The notes under the pieces: generated by a model | The model's database searches: none | The model's input: only the letters and a program-made list of their open reading frames with translations | What the model was told of the DNA's origin: nothing | Origin: Desulfobulbaceae bacterium | GTDB taxonomy: Bacteria; Desulfobacterota; Desulfobulbia; Desulfobulbales; Desulfobulbaceae | Reading direction: 5' to 3' | DNA length: 64,000 bases | Assembly (NCBI GenBank): GCA_003508005.1 | Contig: DNUE01000016.1 | Location: 24,746-88,745 of the forward strand | Shown: piece by piece, positions 18,723 through 29,373 of the stretch | How the letters are laid out: every line of letters starts with the position of its first letter | How positions within the stretch are numbered: position 1 is the first letter of the stretch | Program-made: the position numbers and the translations under genes

Positions 18723-19205
18723 TTAACCCTTGAGGTAAAAGCCGAGTTCTTTTTGGTAGGCCTGTTGTTCGACAAAGCGGCAGCCGACAAAATCGCCAAT
18801 CACTGACTGGACAACGACTTCCTTGGTTAATTTTGTCTTTTTTTTGTCGTCCAGGGTGAAGGACAAGGACAGGGTGTGGCCCTTCTCCAGAAAATGCATG
18901 CCGGAAAAGGTGAAGCCTATCCCGCTCACGGAGATGTCCTTGATATGGATTTCACCGCCCATGCCTGAAGGATTGATGGACCTGAAGGTGCCGGGCAGGT
19001 CGGTCAGCTTGCGGTAGTGCTGGCGGAATTCAAGATGGACCGTGAACACCGTTTCACAGGGGCATCGGACCTTCAGGTAATGTGATTTATCCCGGAACGC
19101 GCCTACCGCTGCATTTTTCGGCGATTTGCAGACTGGGCAGACGATAGTGACCGTATCGTCCGCCCGGACAAAGGCCTTGACGGTAATTTCCATGGGCTCA
19201 GTCAT
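18723..19205 (-). CDS. PilZ domain protein with N-terminal Cys4 zinc-ribbon-like segment
   Basis: CPVCKS...RCPCE, then RQHYRKL...DISVSGIGF (PilZ RxxxR / DxSxxG). Confidence 0.7.
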   Translation of the reverse strand: MTEPMEITVKAFVRADDTVTIVCPVCKSPKNAAVGAFRDKSHYLKVRCPCETVFTVHLEFRQHYRKLTDLPGTFRSINPSGMGGEIHIKDISVSGIGFTFSGMHFLEKGHTLSLSFTLDDKKKTKLTKEVVVQSVIGDFVGCRFVEQQAYQKELGFYLKG

Positions 19206-19389
19206 AAATTATGGTGGTATATTGACCCAGGAGGGCCTCGGTCGCACTGTCGAGCCGGGAGGCCACCTCATGGATCTGAAATTCGCGCTGGCAGTCCGTG
19301 CATTTGAGCCGGACCTGGCGACAGCGGCGTACCACTTCCAATTTCGCCCCGCACTTCTCACAGCTCATGGCCGGTTCCGCTTGCTGCAT
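19198..19389 (-). CDS. small zinc-ribbon protein (63 aa)
   Basis: CEKCGAKL...CTDCQREF. The gene ends overlap the upstream and downstream genes, consistent with operon membership (pyrE, this gene, PilZ). Confidence 0.5.
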   Translation of the reverse strand: MQQAEPAMSCEKCGAKLEVVRRCRQVRLKCTDCQREFQIHEVASRLDSATEALLGQYTTIIYD

Positions 19390-19392
19390 GAG

Positions 19393-19956
19393 TTATCCTA
19401 TGAGCTGCGCCCGGGTGAAGATCGAGACCAGCGGATAGCCGCGGGCCGCCAGATTTTCGGCGCCGCCCTCCTGGCGGTCGACGATGGTTGCCACCAGGCC
19501 CACCCTGAATCCCTCGTTTTCCACCCGGTCGATCACCTTGATCAGGGTACCGCCGGTGGTGACCACGTCTTCCACCACGGCCACCAGGTCGCCGGGCTGC
19601 AGGTTGCTCTTGCCCTCGATGAAGTTGTCCGTGCCGTGCCCCTTGGGCTCCTTGCGGACAATGAAGGCGGGGATGGGGTCATCCTCCAGGTAGCTGACAA
19701 TGGAAACTGCGGTGACCAGCGGGTCTGCGCCGAGGGTCATGCCGCCCACCCCGCTGATCTTTTCGTGGTGCGCCCGGATGAGCCGGTACAGTTGTCGGCC
19801 GCACAGGTACGCTCCCTGGGCTGACAGGGTGGTCTGCTTGCCGTCCACGTAGAAATCCGAGGTCTTGCCGGAGGTCAGGGTAAAAATTCCCTTGCGGTAT
19901 GATTTGCTGAGGAGGAGTTCCTTGAGTTGGGCGCGTTCATCCATAATTTTGTCCAT
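19393..19956 (-). CDS. pyrE: orotate phosphoribosyltransferase
   Basis: The PRPP-binding motif is LVAVVEDVVTTGGT; length and layout are typical of PyrE. Confidence 0.9.
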   Translation of the reverse strand: MDKIMDERAQLKELLLSKSYRKGIFTLTSGKTSDFYVDGKQTTLSAQGAYLCGRQLYRLIRAHHEKISGVGGMTLGADPLVTAVSIVSYLEDDPIPAFIVRKEPKGHGTDNFIEGKSNLQPGDLVAVVEDVVTTGGTLIKVIDRVENEGFRVGLVATIVDRQEGGAENLAARGYPLVSIFTRAQLIG

Positions 19957-20125
19957 AAATTAAAGTCATTATACTTGATACATGTTTTTTGTCCAAACTC
20001 AAAGTGATTTTTGCATCGGTGGTTCTCTGATTTCTTTGTCATTCCCGATATTCTTATGCTACGATTAAAAATATTTTTCCTGTTTAATTCAGGGAAAGGG
20101 AGTTAATTTGCACGCGAGGTGTTAA

Positions 20126-21964
20126 ATGTGCGGAATTATAGGATATACTGGGACGCGCCGGGTGGTGCCAGTCCTGTTGGAGGGGCTGCGCAGGCTTGAG
20201 TACCGTGGCTATGATTCAGCAGGCCTGGTCTATTATGCGGATGGCCGTCTGGTCAAACACCGCTCACCCGGCAAGCTGGATAAACTTGCTGCCGCAGTGG
20301 ATGAGCATATCGGCGTGGCAAGTTTCTGTGGGCTCGGCCATACCCGCTGGGCCACGCATGGCTCTCCCTCCCTTGACAATGCCCATCCCCACAGCGACTG
20401 CACCGGGAACCTGGTGGTGGTCCACAACGGGATCATTGAAAACTACGGTGCCCTACGCCAGGAACTGCGGGAGGGGGGGCACACGTTCACCTCCGAAACC
20501 GATACCGAGGTCCTCGCCCATCTTATCGAGGATTATCTGAGCGACGATCTGCCAGCAGCAGTCCGTGCGGCCCTGGCCCGGGTGGAGGGATCGTACGCCA
20601 TAGGCGTCTTCTGGGCCGGCGCCCCACAGACCCTGGTGGCGGCTCGCAATCACAGCCCGCTGGTCCTCGGGGTTGATGCCGACGCAAGCTACATGGCCTC
20701 GGACATCCCAGCGCTGCTTCCCTACACCCATCAGGTCATATTTCTCGATGATCTGGAAATGGCGGTGCTGACCCCCGGCGCCATAACCTACCAGAACGTG
20801 AGCGATGGCCGGCCGCTCAGGAAGCAAGTGACCACCATCGAGTGGAACGCGGCCATGGCCGAGAAATCTGGTTTCAGGCACTTCATGCTCAAGGAGATCT
20901 TCGAGCAGCCCCAGGCCATCATCAACACGGTGAGCGGCCGGATCGTTCCGGACACCGGCCAGATCGACCTGCCGGAGATCGGCCTCACCGAAGAGGCTCT
21001 GGTTGGAATCGAGCGTATTGCCCTGGTCGCCTGCGGGACTTCATGGCATGCCGCTCTTGTTGCCAAATACTGGATCGAGAAATGGGCCGGTATTCCAGTG
21101 GAAGTGGACATTGCCTCGGAATTTCGCTACCGGCGGCTGCTGATCAATGAGCGAGTGCTGGTCATCGCCATTTCCCAGTCCGGGGAGACCGCCGACACCC
21201 TTGCCGGCATCCGCCTGGCCTCCGCCCTTGGCGCCAAGGTCCTGGCCATCTGCAACGTGGTCGGCTCCACTATAACCCGGGAGGCGGATGGGGTCATCTA
21301 CACCCATGCCGGCCCGGAGATCGGGGTGGCCTCCACCAAGGCCTTTACCTGCCAGCTCGCTGCCCTGTTCCTGCTTACCCTCTTCCTGGCGCGGGTAAAA
21401 AATACGGCCACCAGTGAGCAGCTGGCCGAGTTGGGTCAAGCCCTGATCGGCATTGCCAGTGTTATCGAGAAAGAACTGCCGAACCTGCAGCAGCAAATTC
21501 AGGTCCTGGTCGAGCGCTATTACGACAGCCGCGACTTCCTCTTTATCGGCCGGGGAGTCAACTATCCCATTGCCCTGGAAGGCGCGCTCAAGCTAAAGGA
21601 GATCTCCTACATTCACGCAGAAGGATATGCGGCCGGTGAGCTGAAGCACGGCCCCATCGCCCTGATCGACAAGGATATGCCGGTCCTGGCCCTGGTGCCC
21701 CGGGACAGTGTCTACCAAAAGACCATTTCCAATGTTGAGGAGATCAAGGCCAGGCAGGGCCGGCTGCTGCTGATCGGTACCAAGGGCGATGGCCATCTCT
21801 CGTCTCTGACCGGAGATGTCCTCTACCTTCCGGGGGTGCTTGAGGACCTGAATCCCATTCTCTACTCAATTCCGGCGCAGTTGATCGCCTACGAAATCGC
21901 CAACCGCCGTGGCTGTGACGTCGATCAGCCGCGCAACCTGGCCAAAAGCGTGACAGTGGAGTAG
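20126..21964 (+). CDS. glmS: glutamine--fructose-6-phosphate aminotransferase
   Basis: N-terminal nucleophile MCGIIGY, two SIS domains, and C-terminal NLAKSVTVE. Confidence 0.95.
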   Translation: MCGIIGYTGTRRVVPVLLEGLRRLEYRGYDSAGLVYYADGRLVKHRSPGKLDKLAAAVDEHIGVASFCGLGHTRWATHGSPSLDNAHPHSDCTGNLVVVHNGIIENYGALRQELREGGHTFTSETDTEVLAHLIEDYLSDDLPAAVRAALARVEGSYAIGVFWAGAPQTLVAARNHSPLVLGVDADASYMASDIPALLPYTHQVIFLDDLEMAVLTPGAITYQNVSDGRPLRKQVTTIEWNAAMAEKSGFRHFMLKEIFEQPQAIINTVSGRIVPDTGQIDLPEIGLTEEALVGIERIALVACGTSWHAALVAKYWIEKWAGIPVEVDIASEFRYRRLLINERVLVIAISQSGETADTLAGIRLASALGAKVLAICNVVGSTITREADGVIYTHAGPEIGVASTKAFTCQLAALFLLTLFLARVKNTATSEQLAELGQALIGIASVIEKELPNLQQQIQVLVERYYDSRDFLFIGRGVNYPIALEGALKLKEISYIHAEGYAAGELKHGPIALIDKDMPVLALVPRDSVYQKTISNVEEIKARQGRLLLIGTKGDGHLSSLTGDVLYLPGVLEDLNPILYSIPAQLIAYEIANRRGCDVDQPRNLAKSVTVE

Positions 21965-21987
21965 GGTGGGTTTCCAGGAGTGATTCG

Positions 21988-23160
21988 ATGCAAATCGGCA
22001 TAGAACTGCTGGCCAAAAATCCCCCGGTATCTCTTCGGGGACGGCGTCTGGCCCTGCTTTGCAACCAGGCCTCCACCGACCGCCATTTTCACCACAGCCG
22101 TGATCTCATCCTGGCGGCGTTCCCGGGGCAGCTGACCTGTCTGTTTTCCCCCCAACACGGGTTTTTCAGCGAGAAACAGGACAACATGATCGAGTCCGGG
22201 CACGGTGTGGACCCGGCGAGCGGTCTGCCGGTCTATTCCCTGTATGCTGAACAGCGTCGGCCGACACCTGAAATGTTCTCGGGCTTTGATGTGCTGCTGG
22301 TGGATCTCATTGATGTGGGCACCAGGGTCTATACCTTCGCCTGGACCGTCATCTACTGCCTGGAGACCGCGGCGCGGACCGGGCGCGAGGTGGTGATTCT
22401 GGACCGTCCCAATCCCATCGGCGGCGCTCTGGTGGAAGGCAACCTGCTGCGGCGCGAGTGGTCCTCCTTTGTCGGACTGCACCCGCTGCCCATGCGGCAC
22501 GGCCTGACCCTGGGTGAACTCGCCCTGCTGTGCAACCGGGAGATGGGGATAGGTGCCCGCCTCGAGGTAATCGCGGTTGAGGGTTGGCAGCCGGGCGGTC
22601 TCATGGAGGAGTCTCTCTTTCCCTGGGTTTTTCCCTCGCCCAACATGCCGTCGTTGGCCACGGCTCTGGTCTATCCCGGCCAAGTGCTCTGGGAGGGGAC
22701 CAATGTCTCCGAAGGCCGGGGTACTACCCTGCCCTTCCTTCTCTGCGGGGCCCCGTATCTGAAGCACGGGGGGGTCGAGGCGTACCTTGCTCGGACCCCG
22801 CTTCCCGGCTGCGTGCTGCGGCCCCTGGTCTTTGAGCCCACTTCGGGCAAATGGAAGGGGCAGCCCTGTTCAGGGTTTCAGCTCCATGTAACCGATCCGC
22901 GCACCTTCCGGCCCTACCGCACCAGCCTGGCTTTGTTCCAGGCGCTGTTTGCGCTGTATCCCGGGCAGTTCGCCTACAAGCCGCCGCCCTACGAGTATGA
23001 GCTTGAGCGGCTGCCCATGGACCTGATCCTCGGCGACCAGCAGGTGCGCCTGGCCCTCGAGGCAGGGGCGGACATCCTGGAATTGGAGCGATCCTGGGAG
23101 GATGACCTGGCCGGTTTTGCCGAGCTGTCGCGCTCTGTTTTCCTTTACGGCAGGGGGTGA
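21988..23160 (+). CDS. DUF1343 family protein (NamZ-like exo-beta-N-acetylmuramidase family)
   Basis: The family call rests on LALLCNQASTD...SPQHGF...VYSLY...DVLLVDLIDVGTRVYTF, by recollection of DUF1343 sequences. Confidence 0.75.
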   Translation: MQIGIELLAKNPPVSLRGRRLALLCNQASTDRHFHHSRDLILAAFPGQLTCLFSPQHGFFSEKQDNMIESGHGVDPASGLPVYSLYAEQRRPTPEMFSGFDVLLVDLIDVGTRVYTFAWTVIYCLETAARTGREVVILDRPNPIGGALVEGNLLRREWSSFVGLHPLPMRHGLTLGELALLCNREMGIGARLEVIAVEGWQPGGLMEESLFPWVFPSPNMPSLATALVYPGQVLWEGTNVSEGRGTTLPFLLCGAPYLKHGGVEAYLARTPLPGCVLRPLVFEPTSGKWKGQPCSGFQLHVTDPRTFRPYRTSLALFQALFALYPGQFAYKPPPYEYELERLPMDLILGDQQVRLALEAGADILELERSWEDDLAGFAELSRSVFLYGRG

Positions 23161-23211
23161 ATCGGCTATGGTCCCACTGGTCGGCACAAATCTCGAGCGG
23201 CAAGGAAGCGC

Positions 23212-24291
23212 ATGGTGAATTTTTATACCCTGGATGAGTTGGCAGGGCTGGTAGGGGGCAGGGTCGTCGGTGACGGCAATCTCCGCGTCTCCGGCCTGAA
23301 CAGCCTGGATTTGGCCGGCAGCGACGAGATCACCTTTCTCGTCAGCGCGAAGATGGTTGAAAGGCTTGCCGCCAGCCGGGCCGCTGCCTGTATTGTCCCG
23401 GAAGGGGTTGAGCCGGGGAGGGCCTGCATCCAGGTCGCTGATCCGGACTATGCCGCCACCTTGATTCACCGCCATTTTCTGGGCCTGCCCTTTCAGGCTA
23501 CCGGCGTGCACCCTACCGCCCAGGTGGGCAGCGGCTGCGAGATTCCCCCTGCGGTGGCCATCGGCGCCTATGTTTGCATCGGCGACCGCGTCCGGATCGG
23601 CAGCCAGGTTTCGGTCGGGCCGGGCACGGTGATCGGCAATGATTCAATCATCGGCGACAACGCTATACTGTACGCCAATGTCACCATTTATGAACGCACC
23701 GTCATCGGCAGCCGGGTGATCATCCATTCCGGCGCGGTTATAGGCGCCGACGGCTTCGGCTACGCAACGGACCGAGCCACCGGCGTTCATCTGAAGAAGC
23801 CGCAGGTTGGCTTCGTCCAGATCGACGATGACGTGGAGATCGGCGCCAACACCTGTGTGGACCGTGGGGCCTTCGGCCCAACCCGGGTCCGGCGCGGCGC
23901 CAAAATCGACAACCTGGTCATGGTCGCGCACAATGTGGATATTGGGGAGGACTCCATCCTGGTGGCCCATGTCGGCATTGCCGGCAGCACCATTTTGGGC
24001 AGAAATGTGGTGCTCGGCGGCATGACCGCGGTCAAGGGGCACCTGCAGATTGGCGACCGGGTCATGGCGGCGGCCATGAGCGGCGTGCACAGTAACCTGC
24101 CGGCCGGATCGGTGGTCGGCGGCGCTCCGGCCTTTGACATCAAAAAATGGGGCAGGGCGACGGCCGCCTATGCCCGGCTCCCGGAAATGGTCAAGGAGAT
24201 CAGGGAACTGCGCAAGGAGCTTGACCGGCTGCGCCGGGTAGTACCCGGAGCAGGAACCGCGAACGAGAAAGAGGAGGAACAACCGCAATGA
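23212..24291 (+). CDS. lpxD: UDP-3-O-acylglucosamine N-acyltransferase
   Basis: Left-handed beta-helix hexapeptide repeats with an LpxD-type N-terminus, followed by fabZ-lpxA. Confidence 0.9.
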   Translation: MVNFYTLDELAGLVGGRVVGDGNLRVSGLNSLDLAGSDEITFLVSAKMVERLAASRAAACIVPEGVEPGRACIQVADPDYAATLIHRHFLGLPFQATGVHPTAQVGSGCEIPPAVAIGAYVCIGDRVRIGSQVSVGPGTVIGNDSIIGDNAILYANVTIYERTVIGSRVIIHSGAVIGADGFGYATDRATGVHLKKPQVGFVQIDDDVEIGANTCVDRGAFGPTRVRRGAKIDNLVMVAHNVDIGEDSILVAHVGIAGSTILGRNVVLGGMTAVKGHLQIGDRVMAAAMSGVHSNLPAGSVVGGAPAFDIKKWGRATAAYARLPEMVKEIRELRKELDRLRRVVPGAGTANEKEEEQPQ

Positions 24292-24740
24292 GCGCAAACG
24301 CCGCGCAGGCTCCAATGGACATCAAGGATATCCTGGCGATCCTGCCCCACCGGTATCCCTTTGTCATGGTGGACAGGATTTTGGAGCTCGAGGAAGGCAA
24401 GCATATCGTCGGCCTGAAGAACGTCACCATCAACGAGCCTTTTTTCCATGGGCATTTTCCCGGCGAGCCGGTGATGCCCGGCGTCCTGATCCTTGAGGGC
24501 ATGGCCCAGGTGGGAGCACTGCTGGCCTACCGCTCCATTCCCGAAGCCATCGGCGCCAAGCTGGTCTATTTTGCCGGCCTGGACGCGGTCCGCTTCCGAA
24601 AGGTGGTCCGGCCTGGGGATCAGGTGATCTACCGCCTGGAAATCATCAAGCTGAAGGCGAAGCTCAGCAAGATGGCCGGCAAGGCCTATGTGGACGACCA
24701 GCTGGTCGCGGAAGCGGAACTGATGGCTTCCTTTGTCTGA
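24288..24740 (+). CDS. fabZ: 3-hydroxyacyl-ACP dehydratase
   Basis: [13 protein letters not shown]...[20 protein letters not shown] overlap with lpxD. Confidence 0.95.
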   Translation: MSANAAQAPMDIKDILAILPHRYPFVMVDRILELEEGKHIVGLKNVTINEPFFHGHFPGEPVMPGVLILEGMAQVGALLAYRSIPEAIGAKLVYFAGLDAVRFRKVVRPGDQVIYRLEIIKLKAKLSKMAGKAYVDDQLVAEAELMASFV

Positions 24741-24796
24741 AAGGGATATTGGCGAAACCGCTACTCAACATTCACCAGAACACCTCGGGTACTCTT

Positions 24797-25594
24797 ATGG
24801 CTATTCATCCCACAGCGGTGGTCGATCCGCAGGCAGTAATTCATGAATCGGTAGAGATCGGCGCCTACACTGTTATTGACGGCAAGGTGACCATCGGCGC
24901 TGACACGGTCGTCGCCCCCCACGCCCACCTTTCCGGCCCAACGAGTATCGGGGCGCGCAATCGGATTGGAGCCTTCACCTCCATCGGTGCCCCGCCCCAG
25001 GACATCCGCTACAATGGTGAGCCCACCGAGCTGATCATGGGCGATGACAATTTGGTCCGCGAATATGCCTCCATTCATCGGGGTACCGCGGCCGGCAAAG
25101 GCAGGACGGTGATCGGCAACGGCAACATGCTCATGGCCTACACCCACGTTGCGCATGACTGCGTGATCGGCAACAAGGCGATCATGGCAAACGTGGCCAC
25201 CCTGGCGGGGCATGTGGAGATCGGCGACCATGTCAATCTGGGCGGCCTGGTGGCGGTGCATCAGTACTGTCGCATCGGCGCGCACACCTACGTCGGCGGC
25301 TTGTCCGGGATCAGCCTGGACGTGCCGCCATTTGTGATCATCGCCGGCACCCGCAACCGGATGCGGATCAGCGGCATCAACAAAATCGGCATGCGCCGCA
25401 GCGGCATGAGCCGGGAGAACATCAACAAACTGGAGGAGGCCTTCCGCATCATTTTTCGTTCACCGCAACTCCTCCTGAACGATGCCCTGGTCAAGGTAAA
25501 GGAGGAGATTCCCGATTGTCCGGAGGTCGATCTGCTGGTGGAGTTCTTTCAGACCTCCAAGCGCGGCGTGGTCAAGAGGACCCTGGATGACTGA
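24797..25594 (+). CDS. lpxA: acyl-ACP--UDP-N-acetylglucosamine O-acyltransferase
   Basis: MAIHPTAVVDPQAVI followed by hexapeptide repeats. The internal ATG at 24797 was chosen. Confidence 0.9.
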   Translation: MAIHPTAVVDPQAVIHESVEIGAYTVIDGKVTIGADTVVAPHAHLSGPTSIGARNRIGAFTSIGAPPQDIRYNGEPTELIMGDDNLVREYASIHRGTAAGKGRTVIGNGNMLMAYTHVAHDCVIGNKAIMANVATLAGHVEIGDHVNLGGLVAVHQYCRIGAHTYVGGLSGISLDVPPFVIIAGTRNRMRISGINKIGMRRSGMSRENINKLEEAFRIIFRSPQLLLNDALVKVKEEIPDCPEVDLLVEFFQTSKRGVVKRTLDD

Positions 25595-25600
25595 TCGGCC

Positions 25601-26434
25601 ATGGGCATCCCGATAGGCTTGATCGCTGGCGGCGGCCAGTTCCCGCTGCTTTTTGCCGAGGCGGCGAGAAGCAGAGGGCGCAGGGTGGTCGCGGTGGGAC
25701 ACTTGAACGAATCAGCGCCGGAACTTGCAGAGGCGGTGGACGCCTTGTGCTGGGTCAAGCTCGGCCAGCTGGGCAGGATCATCAGTTTTTTCAAGCAGCA
25801 CCGGGTAGGCGAGGCGGTCTTTGCCGGCACCATCACCAAGACCCGCATCTTCAAGGATGTCCTGCCCGACCTCAAGGGCCTCACCCTCTGGAACAAGATC
25901 GACAGCCACCAGGACGACTCCATCCTGCGGGCCGTGGCCGGGGTCCTGGAGGGGGAGGGAATCAAAATCCTTCCCTCCACCTGCTATCTCGACCAACTTT
26001 TTTTTCCCAAGGGAATTCTCTCCCGAAAGAAGCCCACCGCCGAACAGTGGGAGGATATTCGCTTCGGCTGGCGCATGGCCCGTGAGGTGGGTCGCCTCGA
26101 CATCGGCCAATGCGTGGTGGTGCGGGCAAGGGTGGTCATGGCGGTGGAGGCCATCGAAGGCACCGACGCCGCCATCCGTAGAGGCAGCGAACTGGCCGGC
26201 TCCGGGGCCGTGGTGGTCAAGCTGAAGAAGCCGGACCAGGATTTCCGGTTCGACCTGCCGGCTACCGGCGCACGGACGATCGAGATCTTGTCCGCGGTAC
26301 GGGGCAGCGTCCTCGCCGTGGAAGCCGGGCAGTCCCTGCTCTTCGACAGGGAGGAGATGGTTGCCGCGGCCGACCGTTCCGGGATCGTGGTGGTCGGGCT
26401 GGTGGAAAACGAGACAGGGGATTTGGAATATTAG
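25601..26434 (+). CDS. lpxI: UDP-2,3-diacylglucosamine diphosphatase LpxI (DUF1009)
   Basis: GLIAGGGQFP...DIGQCVVV...AVEAIEGTDAAIRRG. It sits after lpxA, as in LpxI-type lipid A clusters. Confidence 0.8.
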   Translation: MGIPIGLIAGGGQFPLLFAEAARSRGRRVVAVGHLNESAPELAEAVDALCWVKLGQLGRIISFFKQHRVGEAVFAGTITKTRIFKDVLPDLKGLTLWNKIDSHQDDSILRAVAGVLEGEGIKILPSTCYLDQLFFPKGILSRKKPTAEQWEDIRFGWRMAREVGRLDIGQCVVVRARVVMAVEAIEGTDAAIRRGSELAGSGAVVVKLKKPDQDFRFDLPATGARTIEILSAVRGSVLAVEAGQSLLFDREEMVAAADRSGIVVVGLVENETGDLEY

Positions 26435-26462
26435 TGCGTCAGGCTCAGCAACGGCAGTTGTG

Positions 26463-27167
26463 TTACTTGGACAGCATGCCGTCCTTGAGGGTCAGGCAGC
26501 GGTCCATGGCCCGGGCCAGTTCCTGGTTGTGGGTGACCATGACCACCGAAAGTTCCAGGGAGCGGCTCAACTCGTGCAGCAGGGCAAAGACCCGCTGGCC
26601 GTTGGCTGAATCCAGGTTGCCGGTGGGCTCGTCGGCCAGCAGCAGGGCGGGTTGCATGACCAGTGCCCGGGCCAGGGCTACCCGCTGCTGTTCCCCGCCA
26701 GAAAGTTCGCCGCTGCGGTGCGTGGCCCGGTGGTCAACCTTGACCTGCTCCAGCAGGCTCATGGCCCGGCGACTCAACTCCACCTGGTTCATCCCCTGGA
26801 TGAGGCCGGGCATCATCACGTTTTCCAGGGCAGTGAACTCCGGCAGCAGATGATGAAACTGGAAGATAAACCCCACGTTGCGGTTGCGGTGGCCGCTCAG
26901 CTCCTTTTCGCCCATGGCGGTCAGATCGCGGTCGTTGAACAGCAGCCGGCCGCTGCCCGGAAGATCCAGGGTGCCGAGGATCTGCAGAAGGGTGGTCTTG
27001 CCGGAGCCCGAGGCGCCGACCACCGCGACCATTTCCCCCCTGGCAACGGTCATGTTCACCCCTCGCAGCACCTCGACCACTGTGGCGCCATGACCGAAGT
27101 TCTTGCGGATGTCCTCCGCACGCAGAAGCTCTGCCCCTGCCGGGCGGACCGTTTTTTCGTTATTCAT
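26463..27167 (-). CDS. lolD: ABC transporter ATP-binding protein, LolD-like
   Basis: Walker [10 protein letters not shown], signature LSGGEQQRV, and Walker [10 protein letters not shown]. Paired with an FtsX-type permease. Confidence 0.8.
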   Translation of the reverse strand: MNNEKTVRPAGAELLRAEDIRKNFGHGATVVEVLRGVNMTVARGEMVAVVGASGSGKTTLLQILGTLDLPGSGRLLFNDRDLTAMGEKELSGHRNRNVGFIFQFHHLLPEFTALENVMMPGLIQGMNQVELSRRAMSLLEQVKVDHRATHRSGELSGGEQQRVALARALVMQPALLLADEPTGNLDSANGQRVFALLHELSRSLELSVVMVTHNQELARAMDRCLTLKDGMLSK

Positions 27168-28389
27168 AGGTCAGGGCCTCGGCGGGTCGCACGCGGGATG
27201 CCTTCCAGGAAGGATAGAGTGTGGCGGCCAGGGTGATCAGTACTGCGGACAAGGCGATCAGGGTGACGTCAAAGGCCACCACCTTGATGGGCATGGTGGA
27301 CATAGGATAGACGTTTCGCGGCAGTTCGATGAACTGGTAGCGCTTGAGGATAGCGCACAGCGATAAGCCGCCCAGCACCCCGAAGGTCATGCCGGTCATG
27401 CCGATCACCGCGCCCTGGTAGAAAAAGATGCGCATGATGGAGCCAGTGGTGGCGCCCATGGACTTGAGGATGGCAATGTCCCGGTTCTTCTCCATCACCA
27501 CCATGATCAGGGCGCTGATGATGTTCAGGGCGGCGACCAGGATGATCAGGTCCAGGGCGATGAAAATGCCGGCCTTTTCCAGCTTGAGCGCGGCAAAGAG
27601 ATTCTGGTTCAGCTGCATCCAGTCGCGGACGGAATAGCCTCGGCCCAGCTTTTCCCGCAGGGCATCGGCCACCCGTCCGGCCTGCTCCACATTGCTCACC
27701 CGCACCTCGATACCGTGCACCCCTTCATCAAAACCGCCCAAGCTGCGGGCCGTTTCCAGGGTGATAAAACCGAGGGTGGAGTCATATTCGAACATCCCGG
27801 TCTCGAAGATGCCAACAACCTCGCAGGTGCGGATTTTTGGCAGCACGCCCATGGGCGACAGCGGTCCGTCCGGGGAAATGAGCCTGACCTTGTTGTTCTG
27901 GAGCACGCCCAGTTGGCGGGCCAACTCACGGCCGATGATGATTCCGGGCAGGTCGCTGGTGCGGTCCAGATCCGCCAGGGTACCGGACTTCATCTCCCGG
28001 CCGATGTTGATAACCTTGCCGGCAGTCGCCGGGTCAATCCCGCGCAGGACGATGCCTCCGGAATTCTGGCCCGTGGAGATCAGGGCCTGGCCGTAAATGT
28101 AGGGCGTGGTCGCCGCCACCCCAGGCACGGTCTCGATTTCCTTGCGCATCTCGTCAGGATGCAGCAGATTCATGCCGTAGTGCTGCACCAGGATATGGGA
28201 GTTGATGCCGATGATCTGGTCGCGCAACCCCTCCGTGAAGCCGGTATAGACGGAGAGGACGACGATGAGCGCCATGACGCCGACAGCGACCCCGGCAATG
28301 GAGATGACCGAGATCAGCGAGATGAATTTCTGCTTGCGCTTGGCCCGGAGATAGCGACGGCTGACAAACCATTCAAAGGACATGGGCAC
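27160..28389 (-). CDS. lipoprotein-releasing system permease, LolC/E (FtsX/MacB-type) family
   Basis: 409 aa with the N-terminal TM segment [26 protein letters not shown], a large periplasmic loop, and a C-terminal FtsX-like TM bundle. Confidence 0.8.
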   Translation of the reverse strand: MPMSFEWFVSRRYLRAKRKQKFISLISVISIAGVAVGVMALIVVLSVYTGFTEGLRDQIIGINSHILVQHYGMNLLHPDEMRKEIETVPGVAATTPYIYGQALISTGQNSGGIVLRGIDPATAGKVINIGREMKSGTLADLDRTSDLPGIIIGRELARQLGVLQNNKVRLISPDGPLSPMGVLPKIRTCEVVGIFETGMFEYDSTLGFITLETARSLGGFDEGVHGIEVRVSNVEQAGRVADALREKLGRGYSVRDWMQLNQNLFAALKLEKAGIFIALDLIILVAALNIISALIMVVMEKNRDIAILKSMGATTGSIMRIFFYQGAVIGMTGMTFGVLGGLSLCAILKRYQFIELPRNVYPMSTMPIKVVAFDVTLIALSAVLITLAATLYPSWKASRVRPAEALTYE

Positions 28390-28401
28390 CTTCCGGCATT
28401 G

Positions 28402-29373
28402 CTACCAGTTCAAATTTTTTTCATACCCGAGGCCGATGAGAAGATCTCCGGCCTCCAGTTTGAATCGCTGCTTATGCTCTTCAGAAAAATAATTTTTCCA
28501 GTCCCCGCTCACGCCCTTCCGGTAATGGTGCTTCTGATCCTCGGTTCCTGCTCGTCTGCCGCTTATTTTCTGGAAGGAATACTGATCAACAAGATATTGA
28601 ATATCTGCGTCGGGAAGGGAAACGCGGCAATGACTAAATATGTCCTTTAAGAAGGCAAGCTGCTCAGGGCCAAACACATCTTCAAATTTGAAAATTTTGA
28701 TATTGACGTTGTCGGCTGCATTCCACTTGTGCATTATTTGTGTGATAAATTTTGCAGTGTTCACAATGAGTTTCATTATTCCATCATGCTCTGATAACTG
28801 TATTAAATCCTTCCTATTGTCGACTATATAATTGTTGAGAACAGGGTGTGAATATTTAATAGAAAAATAATTTGAAATTATTATGTCTCTAGGATCTCTG
28901 ATAATATAGAATGCCTTATAAATATCATTTTTTGTGAATTTTTCAAATGTATCGTATTGTATATAAAATGGACTGCAAATAATGCCGGGTTTTGGAATAT
29001 CTTTTAGCTGATCAAGAATGAGTTTGTCACCAGTAATAAAATTTTTTCCCGGGTAATAAAGGGAGAATCCAGTATTTTTCCAGATAAGCCTATCTGTTAA
29101 CAGCTTGCTGAACCATTGAGTTGCGGTTTTCTGGATACAGCAGTGATATATATTAAAATTTGGAAGTGGTTTGTGATAAATAAGAGGGAATAATATTTTA
29201 TTTGTTATTATGGAAAAATTTCTTGTTGATTTTTTGAAGACAAGAGAAGCTTTCGATTTAAGGTCTTTCACATTTTTCCTGGTATCTGTTGAGTGATGTA
29301 GGGATTTACCTTTACCTGGCTGCCTCTGGTTTGAGGTGGGGGAAAAGGATGACGTCGCGGATGGACGGCGCAT
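28402..29373 (-). CDS. sulfotransferase family protein (start uncertain: ATG 29373 overlaps lysS by 62 nt; GTG 29272 with AGGA upstream is an alternative)
   Basis: The PAPS-binding motifs are a 5'-PSB-like CIQKTATQW and a 3'-region RKGVSGDWKNYFSEE. The central ~650 nt is strikingly AT-rich relative to its neighbours. Confidence 0.75.
   Translation of the reverse strand: MRRPSATSSFSPTSNQRQPGKGKSLHHSTDTRKNVKDLKSKASLVFKKSTRNFSIITNKILFPLIYHKPLPNFNIYHCCIQKTATQWFSKLLTDRLIWKNTGFSLYYPGKNFITGDKLILDQLKDIPKPGIICSPFYIQYDTFEKFTKNDIYKAFYIIRDPRDIIISNYFSIKYSHPVLNNYIVDNRKDLIQLSEHDGIMKLIVNTAKFITQIMHKWNAADNVNIKIFKFEDVFGPEQLAFLKDIFSHCRVSLPDADIQYLVDQYSFQKISGRRAGTEDQKHHYRKGVSGDWKNYFSEEHKQRFKLEAGDLLIGLGYEKNLNW

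Noticed and set aside
19957-20125. Possible glmS ribozyme upstream of glmS.
   Set aside because: The 170-nt leader is AT-rich and lacks anything resembling the conserved glmS ribozyme core. That ribozyme is also mainly found in Gram-positive bacteria.
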